40,604 nt of DNA from Amoebophrya sp. A120 (Eukaryota > Protista > Dinoflagellata). A program made the translations under genes and the position numbers. Below, piece by piece: positions 1 through 12,203 of this stretch. Location of the stretch: NCBI GenBank assembly GCA_905178155.1, contig CAJINV010000006.1:4180356-4220959 (forward strand). The letters are read 5' to 3'. Under the pieces are notes generated by a model. It did no database searches and had not been told where the DNA came from. It saw only the letters and a list, made by a program, of their open reading frames with translations. The number at the start of each line of letters is the position of its first letter. Within the stretch, counting starts at the first letter, position 1.

Positions 1-87
1 TTCTTAGCCACAATCTTCATAGTGCCAGTGCCGATCGTGAATGCTTGCCGTCTGTAGAGGTGTCGCTCTGCCACTCAGAGGGGCGAA

Positions 88-2461
88 CTACAGACGCTCC
101 CGGCGGCCAGAACCCCTATGCCCTGCCCCCAAATCGCGGCCCCCGATGGCCGACAAAACCGCCGAAAACCGAAAACACGCAGAGCCACCAAACTGAGCCG
201 AAACACCTAAGACCGAGAAACACAAGCCGGCGACCAGTGCAACTGCTCCAGTTTTTTCTTCGGGCAAAGGCCCCAACGTGGGCGGCAGGCCTGTGCCCGG
301 GCGACGACCACAACAGAGCAGGATGCCAGGAGTGAGGTCATAACCCAGAGGGCCGAAGCGCTTAACGTGCGAAATAAAAAGCGCGGCGCCGGCGCTGCCG
401 TCGCTACTTCTTGCAGAACTGTAGCGGTTCGACTCTGGCAGCAGCTCCGTGGCTGGGCAACTTGCACAAGCAAAGGAGGCGCGCAATGTTTTGCCATTGG
501 CGCTATTCGAAAACTGCGAAATTTAAATTTTCGAACATGGTACTAGACATGAATTTCTCTGAGCCCATATCTGCATGCTTGAAATGTTTCTCATGCGGAG
601 ACCTCCCATGCGAGGCGTTTTCTAATGGTGTTTGGAGATTTTTGATGCTCGAAGCAGCGTGACACACTGGATCTGCGACGCTGCTGAACTAGCTACACGT
701 GGCGACTACATTGCGAGCCCAAATTTGCCATGCGTAACTCCCAAAACTTGGAGATTTGTGTTGCAGATTTACCAACTTGACAATGGGGAGGTGCTGGGGA
801 CGTTTTTACACAGGATATCCTATCTGCGAAGCTCACCCGTGCAGAATTCGGTGGCTCAATGATCTTGCTTTTCTCCCGCTGCAACGTAGCTACGTCGATT
901 GGTAGCTGAATATTGAGGCCACGAGGACCGCCTGCATGTTTGTAAACAAGCTGCTTCGCCTGCAAGTGTTGGTCCAAATCCGCCCCCGTGACACTCGGCG
1001 AGGTTCTGACGGGAATCTGTGCGGGCAGCAAAGGCAACACGTGCTTAAACTCTACCGCGTGCGACCACCCGTCAGGCTGCACGAGCGGGACTTGTCTTTT
1101 GCGCTTGCTCGTCCCTACGGAGCGTGGAGTTCTTCCTGTGGCAATATCATCCTTCGTCGCGAACCCCCTCACCGTACCAAAACCGTACTTTGCATTCGCG
1201 GAAAAGTCCAAGTCATCCTTGACCTGCACGCGCTGGTTCAGAAAGAATTCGGGGCCGTCCGGCCGCCCGAGTTTGTAGGTCAGGGAGTTTTATTGAAAGA
1301 AAAAGCTCCCCCTCCCCATATTGAAAAGGGAAGCTTCCGAAAATTTGCGTTGCTGATTTCAGGTCACAAATCACATCTGTCTTGCAAGAAGACAAGGGCA
1401 GAAGCTTCCGCCCCATTATGGAAGCGATTTGTCCTGCTACTGGGCCTAAAGGGGGGCCGTTTGCAATGCTGAGCAACTAGACCCATACGCCCCCACCTAG
1501 CCTGGGGATCTGGCCGCAATGCCTTGCTGCAATACAAAGCTGATTTGTGTACACAAATCCAGCATCAGAAATTCCGTCTTGATCTGGGGAGGGGGGATTT
1601 TTCCTTTCGATAAGTTTCGGGTGTAGTTCTCCATCACACTCGGCCGCCGGTATGCAGTGCAAAAGTATCGTACTCGTATAAATGCATTCCTCGGCATGAG
1701 AAATTGAATTTGTAATGCTGATCTACCTCAAGAAAAAAAATTTTAATGCATGATTGCAATACGAGTGCGATACTTTTGCACAGGATAGCCGGGGAGTGTC
1801 GACGATGCCGGACTGTTTGGAGGTAGTCGCGTATGACAGTGCACAACTACCCCTCGTTCTCATTTCTCATGGAAAATACCAACTGCAACTCCACGCTTTC
1901 GCTTTCCCTCCTGTCACTACTATGCATGTCATGCATGACAAGTTCTGGTAGCCCAAATAGCACTATACTCCAGTGCAAATGTGTCATGCAAAACCGGCAT
2001 TCTTGCTTGATGCTTGTACTATTCTTGCCGTTCATGCTATACAAATGAGGAGGAGGGGGAGTTGTGTACTGTTATATCGCGCGGGACGAGGATCGGCTCG
2101 TCGTCGTGGTGGGGGGATTTAGTCCTATGGAAGTGTCAGGATCGAAATCGACGAAGCTGAAAATGAAATTTGTGATGCTTAAAATACAATGCACAGACTG
2201 CCTGACTTGCAAAGCAGCAGGGAAAAGAGGGCGATTAGAGGCCTCTTTCTGGTTAGAGACTGAGCTGCTAAAATAGCATGGCAAAAGATAGATGTCGTCT
2301 TTGCCGCCCAAACAGCATGACAGACTGGATTTAGGTGCCATTTGTCTATCGATTTTATCATGCATTACAAATAATTTCAACTTTGTCGACTTCGAGTTCG
2401 ATCCTGACACTCCCATAAGCCCGGTGAGAAACGTAGATGAATTATCCGCGCTGATGATCAT
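88..2461 (-). CDS. Hypothetical protein, multi-exon; 3' end uncertain
   Basis: Removing elements 2126-2417, 1832-2076, 1651-1787 and 1291-1612 plus one 5-bp DR each gives one ORF: MIISADNSSTFLTGLNPP...EFFLNQRVQVKDDLDFSANAKYGFGTVRG...VPLVQPDGWSHAVEFKHVLP...RVSFADR (to 818). The RVQVKD..G.V..PLVQPDGW segment could be a small SH3/Tudor-like barrel (inference). The junction after the decayed element ending at 817 is ambiguous; one option joins in frame to ORF 88-486. The start codon is tentative. Confidence 0.6.
569..817. mobile_element. Family B element, left TIR decayed
   Basis: Right TIR GGGGACGTTTTTACACAGGATA is intact. The core resembles the reverse complement of 20936-21216 from ~570 onward. 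No left TIR found. Confidence 0.75.
1291..1612. mobile_element. Introner-like element, family C
   Basis: TIR TAT.....GAAAAA.C(T/C)CCCCTCCCCA; DR AGTTT/AGTTT. Confidence 0.9.
1651..1787. mobile_element. Introner-like element, family E
   Basis: TIR TAT.C.GTGCAAAAGTATCG.ACTCGTA; DR GCCGG/GCCGG. Confidence 0.9.
1832..2076. mobile_element. Introner-like element, family F
   Basis: TIR TAT.ACAGT.CACAACT.CCCCT; DR TCGCG/TCGCG. Confidence 0.9.
2126..2417. mobile_element. Introner-like element, family D
   Basis: TIR TATGG.AGTGTCAGGATCGAA; DR AGTCC/AGCCC. Confidence 0.9.
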
Positions 2462-3011
2462 CTTTGCGATGCTCCTTGAGGTACTAGCAAGTGATATCAA
2501 GCACTTCTCAGCTCTGTTGCTGCTGCTTCTGCTGCAGCTCTCACTCAAGGTCAAAGTAGAACCATTCGTGTTTAATAAAATTGGCTTTGCCCTCCCGCGA
2601 CCCTCATTGTAATAAAGTATGAAAAAGAATACCTTAAAATCAACCCGCTTCAATCTAATCTCCACTGCCTGGCTCGAAGAAGTGGCAAGTGACGTACTGC
2701 GTTTTCCCTCTTGGAACACAGAAGGCTGTAGCAAAAGAAGAAGAACAGGCTATTTCTTGGAACACAGAGTGCTGGTAATCGCCGAAAGAAGTAGCGCCGC
2801 ATTTCTTGGAGAAGGATTTTTGCTTTTCAAAAGTACTGCAGTGGTTTTACATCATCCTGTATAAGTTCTTCCTAATTTTAGTAATGCGCGGCGTTTGGTA
2901 TAATCTAAGTCTTTATCTTTGGTGCAAGACCCCGAGTGTCGAAAATCAAAATGTCCTCGTGAGCAGTGGTAGATGTCAAAAAGCTATGCTTTAGGTCAAC
3001 GTCGTTTGTCG

Positions 3012-6000
3012 TCAATGGTACCGGTTTCCGATCAAAGACGCGTGTTCTACTCCTATCTGCTATCAACTGTAAAAATGTCTGGGTCTGGAAGAATGCAACT
3101 TGTCATGCTGATTTTGGATTCTAAAAAAATCTGTATTGCATGAGCAGCAAAGAGAGTCCAAGTTTTGCTACACGGAAAGAGCATTTGTCATGCGGTATAG
3201 GCATCAGGAAGTCCTCACAAAATCTGTGATGCTAGGGCATGCATCACAGACGTCAGAAGTCATGCAAAATGTGCAAGACAAGCCTGGCAATCTTCCAGAC
3301 CCAGACATTTTTACATTTGATATCTGCCTCCTCTCTCCAAAACCAGTCCGAGAGGGAGAGAGCTGAGGTGCTCCTGTCAGCGTCGCCGGAACTACTTCTA
3401 CGCCGGTGGGGAATTGTGCGGGGGAAGTAGGAACCACCGCTTGCTGGCTTGCGTCGCCACGAAGTGTCGTACTACTAGCTTGCTGGTGACCAAGAGGAGC
3501 GCCGGAAGTAGTCGTGGTTCTTGCCCCGTGGTAGTTGCTCATCGTCCGCCCCGGCGTAGATGAGGTACTACTGCTGGTACTTCTTATTCTTCTCGTTCTC
3601 TCCCCCCCGGCATTGCCGCTGCTGCTGCTGCTACTTTGGCGGTGCTCTATTTCACGTGGTTGCAGCTCCACGGCTGTAGTACTACTTCTACCCCGCTCAA
3701 GGTAGTTTTCATCTACTTTGTGAGGACTGTACTTGCTGGAGGTCGTGCGCAAAAAAGAAAGGTCCGCGTGGTGGTGCAAAAAAAGCTCTCTCACCGGTCT
3801 CCTGAGTAAAAACGTCCCCACGACCCCACGGCTGTCATGCAAATGCGCAATGACAGGAATCGATTTGTACTGCGCAGCTCCATGAGAGGCATAATTTCCA
3901 GTCGAGTTTTGGAATTTGTAATGCTGTAAACAGGATGAGAGAGTGGCTTTCTCATGCGGCTTCCCTTCTTGCCGACCAGCACTACACTGCAGAGGGAAAC
4001 CTGTCATGCACAACTCCCAACACTTGAAGATTTGCGTTGCTAGATTCCCAACTTGACTATGGGGTGGGGACGTTTTTGCTTAGGATAACCAGCTCCAGTT
4101 TCTCCTCGTTGCTTGGTAGGTTCATTTACCCTGTGCAAATATGTCTGGGTCTGGAAACTTGTAATGCTGAGTGACGTAGCATGAGGAGCCCACAAATGAT
4201 GGCTCAGCATGACAAGATTCTGAGCTTCTAAGTGTTGCCTATTCTGCATGACAAACTGCGACTCTGCATCACAGAAAAATAGGGTTTTTGGATAACGCGC
4301 ATGACAGACTTGAGAGTCCTGCTAGCCTAGCATGACAAACCTCGCATTTTTCCTGACCCGAGCATATTCGCACTTGATATCATTTCGATCAGCGTCAGCA
4401 AGTCCCTCTGGTTCATATGGAAATTGCAAAAGTGTGCAAAATAAATCGCCATCAATGCATGACAAACGTTTTTTCCAAGCTAAATCGGCATGACAAATTC
4501 CGTTGCTATTGCTGCGCGAATTTGTCGTTATTCTAATTACTACTAGTACGATCGTTGTACTTACTTTTGCAGTTCATAGCTCAGTGTGGAAGACGACCTC
4601 GTGCGGCCCAGTCCCGGCGTCGGCTCCCGCTTAACTCCTGTGGTCGTCCCCGTGCCGTGGGAGTAATTTTTATGCATTGCAAAACCAAAAGCATCGCACT
4701 AGCAGAAAGCGGATTACAAATTTGCCAAGCATGACAAACGGAATTTGTCATGCTGTTTTACCTTGGGATGGAGATTTGTTGTTATGCAGGGTTGCGATTA
4801 CAACGAGTACCGGATACTTTCGCACAGGATATTTTTGCGCTTCACCGCCTGGCTCCCCGATATCATTATACGCGTATCAACTGCAAAAGTGTCTGGGTCT
4901 GGAAACTTGTGATGCTAATTTATGAATTTATTAATATGGGGACACTGCAATAGGCAGCCACGCATGACAAGTTTCTGGGCTCCTTTGTGTTTCGCTTTCC
5001 GCATGACAAACTACATTTTTGCATGACAGGCAAGAGGCTCTTTTCCTGCTCACACATTAGCATTACAGATCTAAGAGTCATGTGCGACAAGCATGACAAA
5101 CTTGCATTCTTCCAGACCCAGACATATTTGCATTGGATAACGCGCCAACTACACCAATCTCTTCCATCTCGATCACGGTCGTGTATCACTGTGAAAAATC
5201 CCCCCTCCCCATATTGAAACGGAAACTTCTGTTGCTGGATTTGTGTACACAAATCATCCCTGTCTTGCAATGAGGCACCACAGGCAAAGCCTCAGCCTGC
5301 GTTGGGGTGGTCTGTTGCAGGCGCTTAGCATAACAGAGGCCGGCACTGAAGTTGAAGATGAAACAGCATTACAAATCGCCTCCATAAGGCGGCGGATGCT
5401 TTGGATTTGCCTTCTTGCAAGAGCGACAGGATTTGTCGTCACAAATCAGCATCACAAATTTTCAGGAACATACCTGTTCAATATGGGGAGGGCGGATTTT
5501 TCCTCGCAGTATCGTGCCTGTCTTCCTTGCACTTCGGACGCCATGATCTGGCGTGATTGCCGTGTCGTCTTTTTGCTGTGATATTGCTTCCCCTATACTT
5601 TCAGTGGGCAGCGTCAGGGTCGTCAGCCGCCTTGCGTCATCGCCAAACTTCTCCTCCAAATCGGTTTCCTTCTCATTCTGTGCAAAAGTCTGTTCTCTGA
5701 TACTCGTACTACTTGCAAGATTTATTTTGCATCACAAATCTATACTTTCTACCTGATCCAGCACGACAAATGGCATTGTTGTTCTTGAAAGAATTTTTTG
5801 TAATGCACTACTAGTTGTACCACGAGAATCGTACTTACCTTTGCACTGCATACCGCTTTCCCACCGACAGGTCCAGCACATAGGCCATGGGGACCGCGAT
5901 TATATGGAGAGAAAAAAGCTCGCCGCAGTCACTAACTTGCAGGCCTTGCATTGCAATTTTTTTTGCGTCACAACTTTTCCTTGTGTTGCAGAAACGCTAG

Positions 6001-7829
6001 GAATATTCCTTATGCCGTTTGGCTGTGATGCATTTTTACGCATGACAGAAAGTTTTGCATTCACAAAAATGCGCGCGCGTGATCGTGACGAACTTTTTTT
6101 GTTTGATAGATCAGGGCGAAGAAGTAGTAGTAGCTGTAGTAAAGCAGAAACTCCAGCTTCGTAATATACCTCAACCGGTGATCGCCCGTCAAAAACGCCA
6201 TCGGGATGATCTCGCTAAAAATCAAAACGCCGAAAATCGAGACCAGGATGGCAAAAAACGGGCTCGACTCGTCGTCCAAGATCTTGTCCCACACCAACGG
6301 GAGGGACTCGAGGCAAATCGTGTTCCCGATGCGGATATGCATTGCATGTATGTCTGGGTCTGGAACAAGCATGGAACTTGCATATTTATTATGCTAGTCC
6401 TGCATTCCTGTAACTACATCTGTGTTGCATGACTAACAAAAAGGCGGCCTCTTTTGTCATACAGAAGCGCAGCCGCAGTTTCTCATGCGGACTGCGCATG
6501 AGAGAGTGCTCGGCAAACTTGTCATCCTTGGCAGCTGCATAATTGGGAAGTATTTCATCAGTCATCCACGACAATTCATCAGCATCACAAGTTTCCAGAT
6601 CCAGACAACATATTTGCAGTTGATAAAGGAGCGTCGACAGTAGTCTGTGGTGGTTTTTCAAATACTGCGATAGCCGGTTTTCCATGCGGTTGCTCACCTG
6701 TGTGCTGTAGTTCCTGCGTAGTCCACTCCTCCTCGACAAACCTCGGAGCCGCCGCGGCCCTGTTGCAGACAGCGGTAAAAAGCTACCGTGATGCGCCGCT
6801 AGCACGACTTGCCCCGACGAAGAGGCAGTGGCTGCAGAAGCTTTCGGTTTGCTTAATACTTCATCATCGCCCACTTCTGGCGCGCCTTATCAAAAGAAAA
6901 AATGCCCCCTCCACATACTTACTCAAAGGGAGACTTGTGTAGCATAATTTGTGATCACGAGTCGCGTTGTCATGCTAGAAGGGAAGAGATGCGGATTGCA
7001 GTGCTGGCTGGCGTGGGAAAGCCTTGCGTCTTCAGCATGACAGAAAGCAACTGGAAAAGGGAAACAGCAAGACAAATGGCCAGCAAACGAGGGAGCAGCT
7101 GCGTCTCTTGGCCTTCTAGCAATACAATGCGATTTGTGCTCCCAAATCAGCATCGCAAATTTTCTTTTCGATATGGGGAGGGGAGGTTTTTCATTACGAT
7201 ACGCCTCCCATGGGACCGTCCAGGTTTCGGCTCTCCTGCTTCGCGATTAATACTTGCAATTGCGCTGGATCCATGCCGAGCAGGCCCACGGTAAGCCCAG
7301 AGTAAGCCCCGGCGAGGAAGAGTAACAGTACCGCGAGTGCTAGGTAGAACCAAAACTGCGGCTCGTGGGTCAAATGGTGGTCACGGGGGGTAGACGAGGG
7401 CGAGGGCTGCACCTCGTTAGGGTGCAGTATAACAGCTCCGGTAGGTGTGGTGGGCGCGGCTTGCGTAGGTGATGCAGTACTTTGTGCCAGTGACTCGTGA
7501 TTCGTCGTCGCAAAAAGTCCCGCGATATCAAGTGCAGAAGTGTCGGGGTCTGGAAGATTGCACGACTTGTAATGCACAACATTTGCATCATGACCACATG
7601 CGATGTATGCCCTAGCGAGAGGGACAGGGAGAGCTTCCTGATGCCTATACCGCATGAGAAATGCCCCCTCCGCGTAGGAAAAACCGGACTCCGCTTGCTG
7701 CATGCAGAATCCAAAGGCAGCGACACAAGTTGCACTCTTCCAGACCCAGCGGCCTATTTGCACTGCATACGCGAGCGCCGCGGCAGTTGCGCCCACGCTG
7801 GTAGAGTTGGAGGTTCCCACCGTGCTCAT
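3012..7829 (-). CDS. CNNM/DUF21-domain membrane protein (Mg2+/metal transporter-like), 13 exons, 600 aa, no CBS pair seen
   Basis: The spliced ORF contains FLAGAYSGLTVGLLGMD, LKNHHRLLSTLLIGNTICLESLPLVWDKIL, LIFSEIIPMAFLTG, IAVPMAYVLDLSVG and SQRDLLTLIEM, matching the DUF21 pattern. Removing 12 elements (+5 bp each) leaves 1803 nt = 601 codons ending in TGA at 3012-3014. Confidence 0.88.
3061..3322. mobile_element. Introner-like element, family A
   Basis: TIR TATCAA.TGTAAAAATGTCTGGGTCTGGAAGA; DR TCTGC/TCTGC. Confidence 0.92.
3798..4087. mobile_element. Introner-like element, family B
   Basis: TIR T.TCCT.AG.AAAAACGTCCCCAC (left end TCT); DR ACCGG/ACCAG. Confidence 0.9.
4127..4379. mobile_element. 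Introner-like element, family A
   Basis: A-type TIR (left end TAC); DR TCATT/TCATT. Confidence 0.88.
4416..4578. mobile_element. Introner-like element, family E
   Basis: TIR TATG....TGCAAAAGT; DR GTTCA/GCTCA. Confidence 0.85.
4671..4831. mobile_element. Introner-like element, family E
   Basis: E-type TIR; DR ATTTT/TTTTT. Confidence 0.85.
4875..5139. mobile_element. Introner-like element, family A
   Basis: A-type TIR; DR ACGCG/ACGCG. Confidence 0.92.
5184..5511. mobile_element. Introner-like element, family C
   Basis: C-type TIR; DR TCGTG/TCGTG. Confidence 0.9.
5674..5852. mobile_element. Introner-like element, family E (diverged)
   Basis: Left end CATTCTGTGCAAAAG vs right end TATGCAGTGCAAAGG; DR CTTCT/CCGCT; frame restored. 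Confidence 0.75.
5903..6108. mobile_element. Introner-like element, family G
   Basis: TIR TAT......AAAAAAG.TCG....TCAC; DR GATTA/GATCA. Confidence 0.8.
6336..6625. mobile_element. Introner-like element, family A
   Basis: A-type TIR; DR GCGGA/AAGGA; restores STLLIGN. Confidence 0.88.
6888..7201. mobile_element. Introner-like element, family C
   Basis: C-type TIR; DR CGCCT/CGCCT. Confidence 0.9.
7526..7769. mobile_element. Introner-like element, family A
   Basis: A-type TIR; DR CGCGA/CGCGA. Confidence 0.9.
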
Positions 7830-9868
7830 TTTCGCACCAGCAGGCGTGTGTTTGCCATCTAGAGGATGAGGTAAGTGGATGTTGATGTTTTATCCATTGG
7901 AGCGGCAATAATTTATAGAAAAGCTCTTTTTAAACTTTTAACTCGCTTTGTAAACATGAGGCTCTACTTCCCGAGCCAGAGAAACTCGGAAAATTTTTTT
8001 TTGCGTTTCCATTGCGTCGCGATCTCTAACTATGTCAAAAGCCCGTGCAAGCCATGACACACGAGAGGGGAAGATCTGATCTCCCGGCGCCGGGAGGCTC
8101 GTCCTTCAAGGGAATAATTACAATTACTCAGATTCGATTTTTCAGAACCGCCTGATCTTGTCTGCTGCTCCTGCTTCAAAACGACACTATCTTGAAAATG
8201 GATCAGAAAATGTATCACGAGAGGATCGGTTTGCTCTTCGCAAGTAGGAAGGAACAACCATTTCATTATAGGCCCCCTCAGTAGGATCCTCCTCGTGACA
8301 TCGACAGCGGCAAGACTTGAGCCGACGCTCCGGCCACAAATTGGCGTGAAAAAACCTCCTCGTACCCTTGTTCGTAGTGGATCTTGTTCTTGTTCCTCTC
8401 CACCTGGACTTACATAAACTCTTTTGATATTTGTCCACGCATGCAGTCGTCCTATAAAGAGCGCGCAGAAACTACACGCGAACCTGCCAAGCAACCTAGA
8501 AACCGTCGCCCGAGTGGTTCTTGTGCGAACACCGCCACAATAGTACAACTTCTGTGGTACATACAAGAAGAACCGGAGCGACTTACTACTTCGTCGTCCG
8601 TCGCGCTTGCGTTCTTTTACTTTTTTTTCATCTGGTGACAGGGAACAAGCAATCTTCATGGGGGAGGTAATCGATCGATGCATCGAGAAGCAGCAAAAAG
8701 CAAGTCGTATTTTCGAATCACGACCTCCGGCGAGTTTTCTACTCTTGTCCTAACTCTAATGGTTCCAACAAAAATCTTACGTACAGGAGTTTTTCATAGT
8801 TGTAACTTGCGCCAGAGCGTCACTCTATCCTTTAAACTACGAGAAAGTTGTCAAGCCGAACTAATGTCCTTGCCGTTGCGCCGGATGTGAAAGACAACTT
8901 CGGAAATCAATAACGCCATGAGCCAACAAAATATTGTCCCGTCGCCAGCGGAGCTATGTTGACGCCTGTACTGTAGGAGTCGGACTTTGTGGAAGTCCCG
9001 GAATGTGTCGTGTGGTTCTGCTACTGGTGCTATTTCTACCACGAGTTCTACCCAGAACGAGATCGCCCGCCAGGATTCTTCTACCTTGGTAGAGCTTCTT
9101 GATGCTATAGTAGTTCCTTGACAGGCTATGCCAAGAGGCAGGATGTAATGTATCATGGAGCAGGCTATGCCATGGGGCAGGCTAGGCGAACGGCGTCGGT
9201 AGGGCAAGATGTTGTGCGAACTTTAAAGTGAGACGGGACGACTAAAATACTTACTTACTTCTAGGGGTGGACGCAGTTTCAGAATAATCAGGGGACGGAA
9301 AACCCTCCTAGATGTTGAGTTTCTTCTCAGTTTGGGGTAGGTTTATGCATGGTGTTCTGCGAGAGATGACGTTTCTTAAAGCGAAAAACTTACTGAGAAT
9401 CACGGAAATTTTGTTTGCTGTTTGGCTCAGATGAAGGCACGATCACGATGATAGATTGACTAAGCTAAAATTAAAGTTGTGCAAAAACAGAATGACAGCT
9501 GTGCTTTTGTTCCGGATCAGGTGGCCAGAGGAGCGCGAGGATACCTAAACGGAAAACTCTGATGGTCGTAGGGGTGAGTCTTCTTGTTCACTTGAATACA
9601 TACAGCTTTACTTTGGAATGACGGCTTTATTTTGAAAAGTCCTATTACGCGACTTGATTACTTCGCTCTGCAAACCGGTAGAGCTACAGGAGCTGCAGAT
9701 CACTTCTTAAATATTGCAATGTAAAATAGAAGTGGAAGTCTGAGTAGATACAAAGCAGAAGCGAACGACAAAATTTCTGTTGCTGTTTGACCAGATAAAA
9801 TTATTACTTTTTCGCAAGACGGGGGAGCGGACCTCATTTTTCTGCTCGTTTCGCCCTGTTTCGACGGG

Positions 9869-10588
9869 TTAACCAGAGACCATGGCGCTGAAGCCGTCCA
9901 GAACGGGGTTCTGGTACCCGCCTTCCCCCGCTTTTCCAGCAGTCACTTGCTTCCCCCAATTCGAGACCGGCGCTGCCACGGTTTCGTTCCACGCATTCGA
10001 GATCTTCGTTCCCACGCCTTCTTGGTGCTTCCACTCGTTCGGGTCATGAGCGTTCCAGTCCACACTGGCCTGGCCGGCACTGCCGTTAACATACTCGCTC
10101 TTCGTGCGCGCCTTGGCCTTCGTCGCCTCCCCCGCCAGCGCCTTCTTCTGGTGTGCCTTGGACTTCACCGTGTCCACTGCTTCGCCGGTCAAGATTTTAC
10201 TCGCCTCCTGCTGCTTCTTGTCGACATCCAGAAACGCTTGCTGGATTGCTGGATTGCTGGATTGCTGGCGCTGTTGATATGGTATGATTGATACATGTTG
10301 GAAAATGCTTTCAAGAAGCAGACGTAGCCGACCAGCCCGCATCTTCACTCGACCGACACAAAGACAAAGATCACGCATGAGGACCATTTACATTCATTGG
10401 GAGCAAACACAACTCTATACCGGCTTCCAGTTCGACGGGCTGATCGGCGGCGTGTCGGCCTGCTCCAGCTGCCCCTTGACTTCGTGACCGGCCCAAACCA
10501 TTTTCTTCGCACGGTTTTCTTCCATTTTCTTCTCCGCGGCCACCAGGGCGGCGGAGGAAATGAACAGCTTCTGCGCAGTTTTGGTCAT
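9869..10588 (-). CDS. Hypothetical protein, ~189 aa, possible N-terminal signal peptide; one GT-AG intron
   Basis: ORFs 10415-10600 and 9869-10387 join in frame via a GTATAG...AACAG intron at 10271-10420. N-terminus MTKTAQKLFISSAALVAA is signal-like. No recognisable domain. Confidence 0.55.
10271..10420 (-). other. Canonical GT-AG intron
   Basis: GTATAG...AACAG joins two ORFs in phase 0. Confidence 0.55.
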
Positions 10589-12203
10589 CCTGGACAGCAC
10601 AAAGAGTCTTGCAACACAGTCCGAGCAGGTATACCTGTTTTAAAAAAAGAAAGAGATTCGTCACGCGCCTAAGGCACAAAAGATGACTTCGATTCGGCAG
10701 CGTGCAGCTACAGCACTTTGATCTTAAACAAATTCATCTTGCGACATACAAACTGACCGGCTCTAATGCCGAAGGAACTGCATACTTCATCATGATGATG
10801 CTGGTGATGAAGATGCATGTTATCTTCATCGCTAGTGCCAATTCATGTCCTCGCTGAGGAGGAAGAAAAGCCCATCGCTAGTAAAGAAAAAGAAACATAC
10901 CGGCTGTCTGACTGTTCTCCTGACGCTGCGGGAAATCGGGAAATCGAAATACACGCCAAACGTGCTTCTTGCGTCAAAACTCAAGACGGTGAGTACCTGG
11001 AAATTCAAGTTGTCGCTTTTGTTTGCGCTTTGATCTATATTTTTCCTCATATCTGTCTATCTCGAACAACACAAACGCAATGAGAATATAGACGATGGAA
11101 TCAAGTGGCTTTCCTCGTGCTTATTACATCATGTTGGTCCATTGTTTCGTATCAAGTATAAATGAGTGCCCCTGAGTGAACCACTAGCAACTAGATCTGA
11201 AAGCGCGACGTACGAGCAGAGTGCCTGCGAAATCAACAAAAAAACTTAATACCTCGGGTTTCAAGGAATAGCGTTTCGAAGGTTGCGCTGCGTCTCCACC
11301 GGACGAGTGTGCTATCTTTGGCTTTTCCTGATTGCTGCTCCTGGGAACAAGAACGAAAAAAAATCCTGCTTGTAAGGTTGTTTTTGGGATCACAAAAGTA
11401 GTTGTGCTTCTTCTTACATCAAAATTGGTACCTAGCCTCCTACAGAAGGATACTTTATCTACTTCCTACGCTTGGCTTTGATATCTGTGACAGCACGACG
11501 ACGACCTACAACTGCGTACGGAACGAGCTAAGGATCTTCGTACGAACTGCTTTTCCTTGTCGACCTAGGACGATAGTACGCCGTCGCGACGAGTAAATAT
11601 GTAGCTTTTTCAACGAATTAGACTTTGCACGTTCACGAGACGATGATGGATTTGCCCTGCTGCGTGATGAAAATCAAAATGTAGCCGACGAATTACAATA
11701 AAATCGAAAACGACCACGATAGAATAACTCCTCTTCAGCGCTAATTCATCCGGCTTTGCTTTCACACGACTTTTGTAGCGAAGATCATGGTATCTACCAC
11801 ATGTCTACGAACGATTCGCGAAGATGAAGGTCGTATGATGTTTTATGCAATTATTTGCTTCTTCAAACTTTTCAGGTTTAGTAAAACGAACAGCCAGCGC
11901 CACGATCAACGCCTGCGACGAGCCACTAGTGGCGCATGTTGATCTTCGGTTTGTCTAAATAATACCAACTCTTGTCTTTTTCACAAATCAAAGAGCGTTC
12001 TTCCCCCATGAATTATGCGGATAAGTACTTACTTCGTAGGTAGTGCAACTGCAACCCCACAGAAAGAAGTTCATCTCTCTGGTGGTTTAGGTTTTTCTTT
12101 TTTCTTCTTATAACTTAGAAATAAAGCAGACACTCACACCCTGCGTGATCACCTCCTGCTGCAGGGACTACTAGTTCTAGTACAATAGCAATACATAAAG
12201 TCG

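Noticed and set aside
8030-9207. ORFs 8030-8683 and 8851-9207 as genes
   Set aside because: No recognisable motifs, non-ATG starts and no supporting exon structure; cannot be excluded but unsupported.
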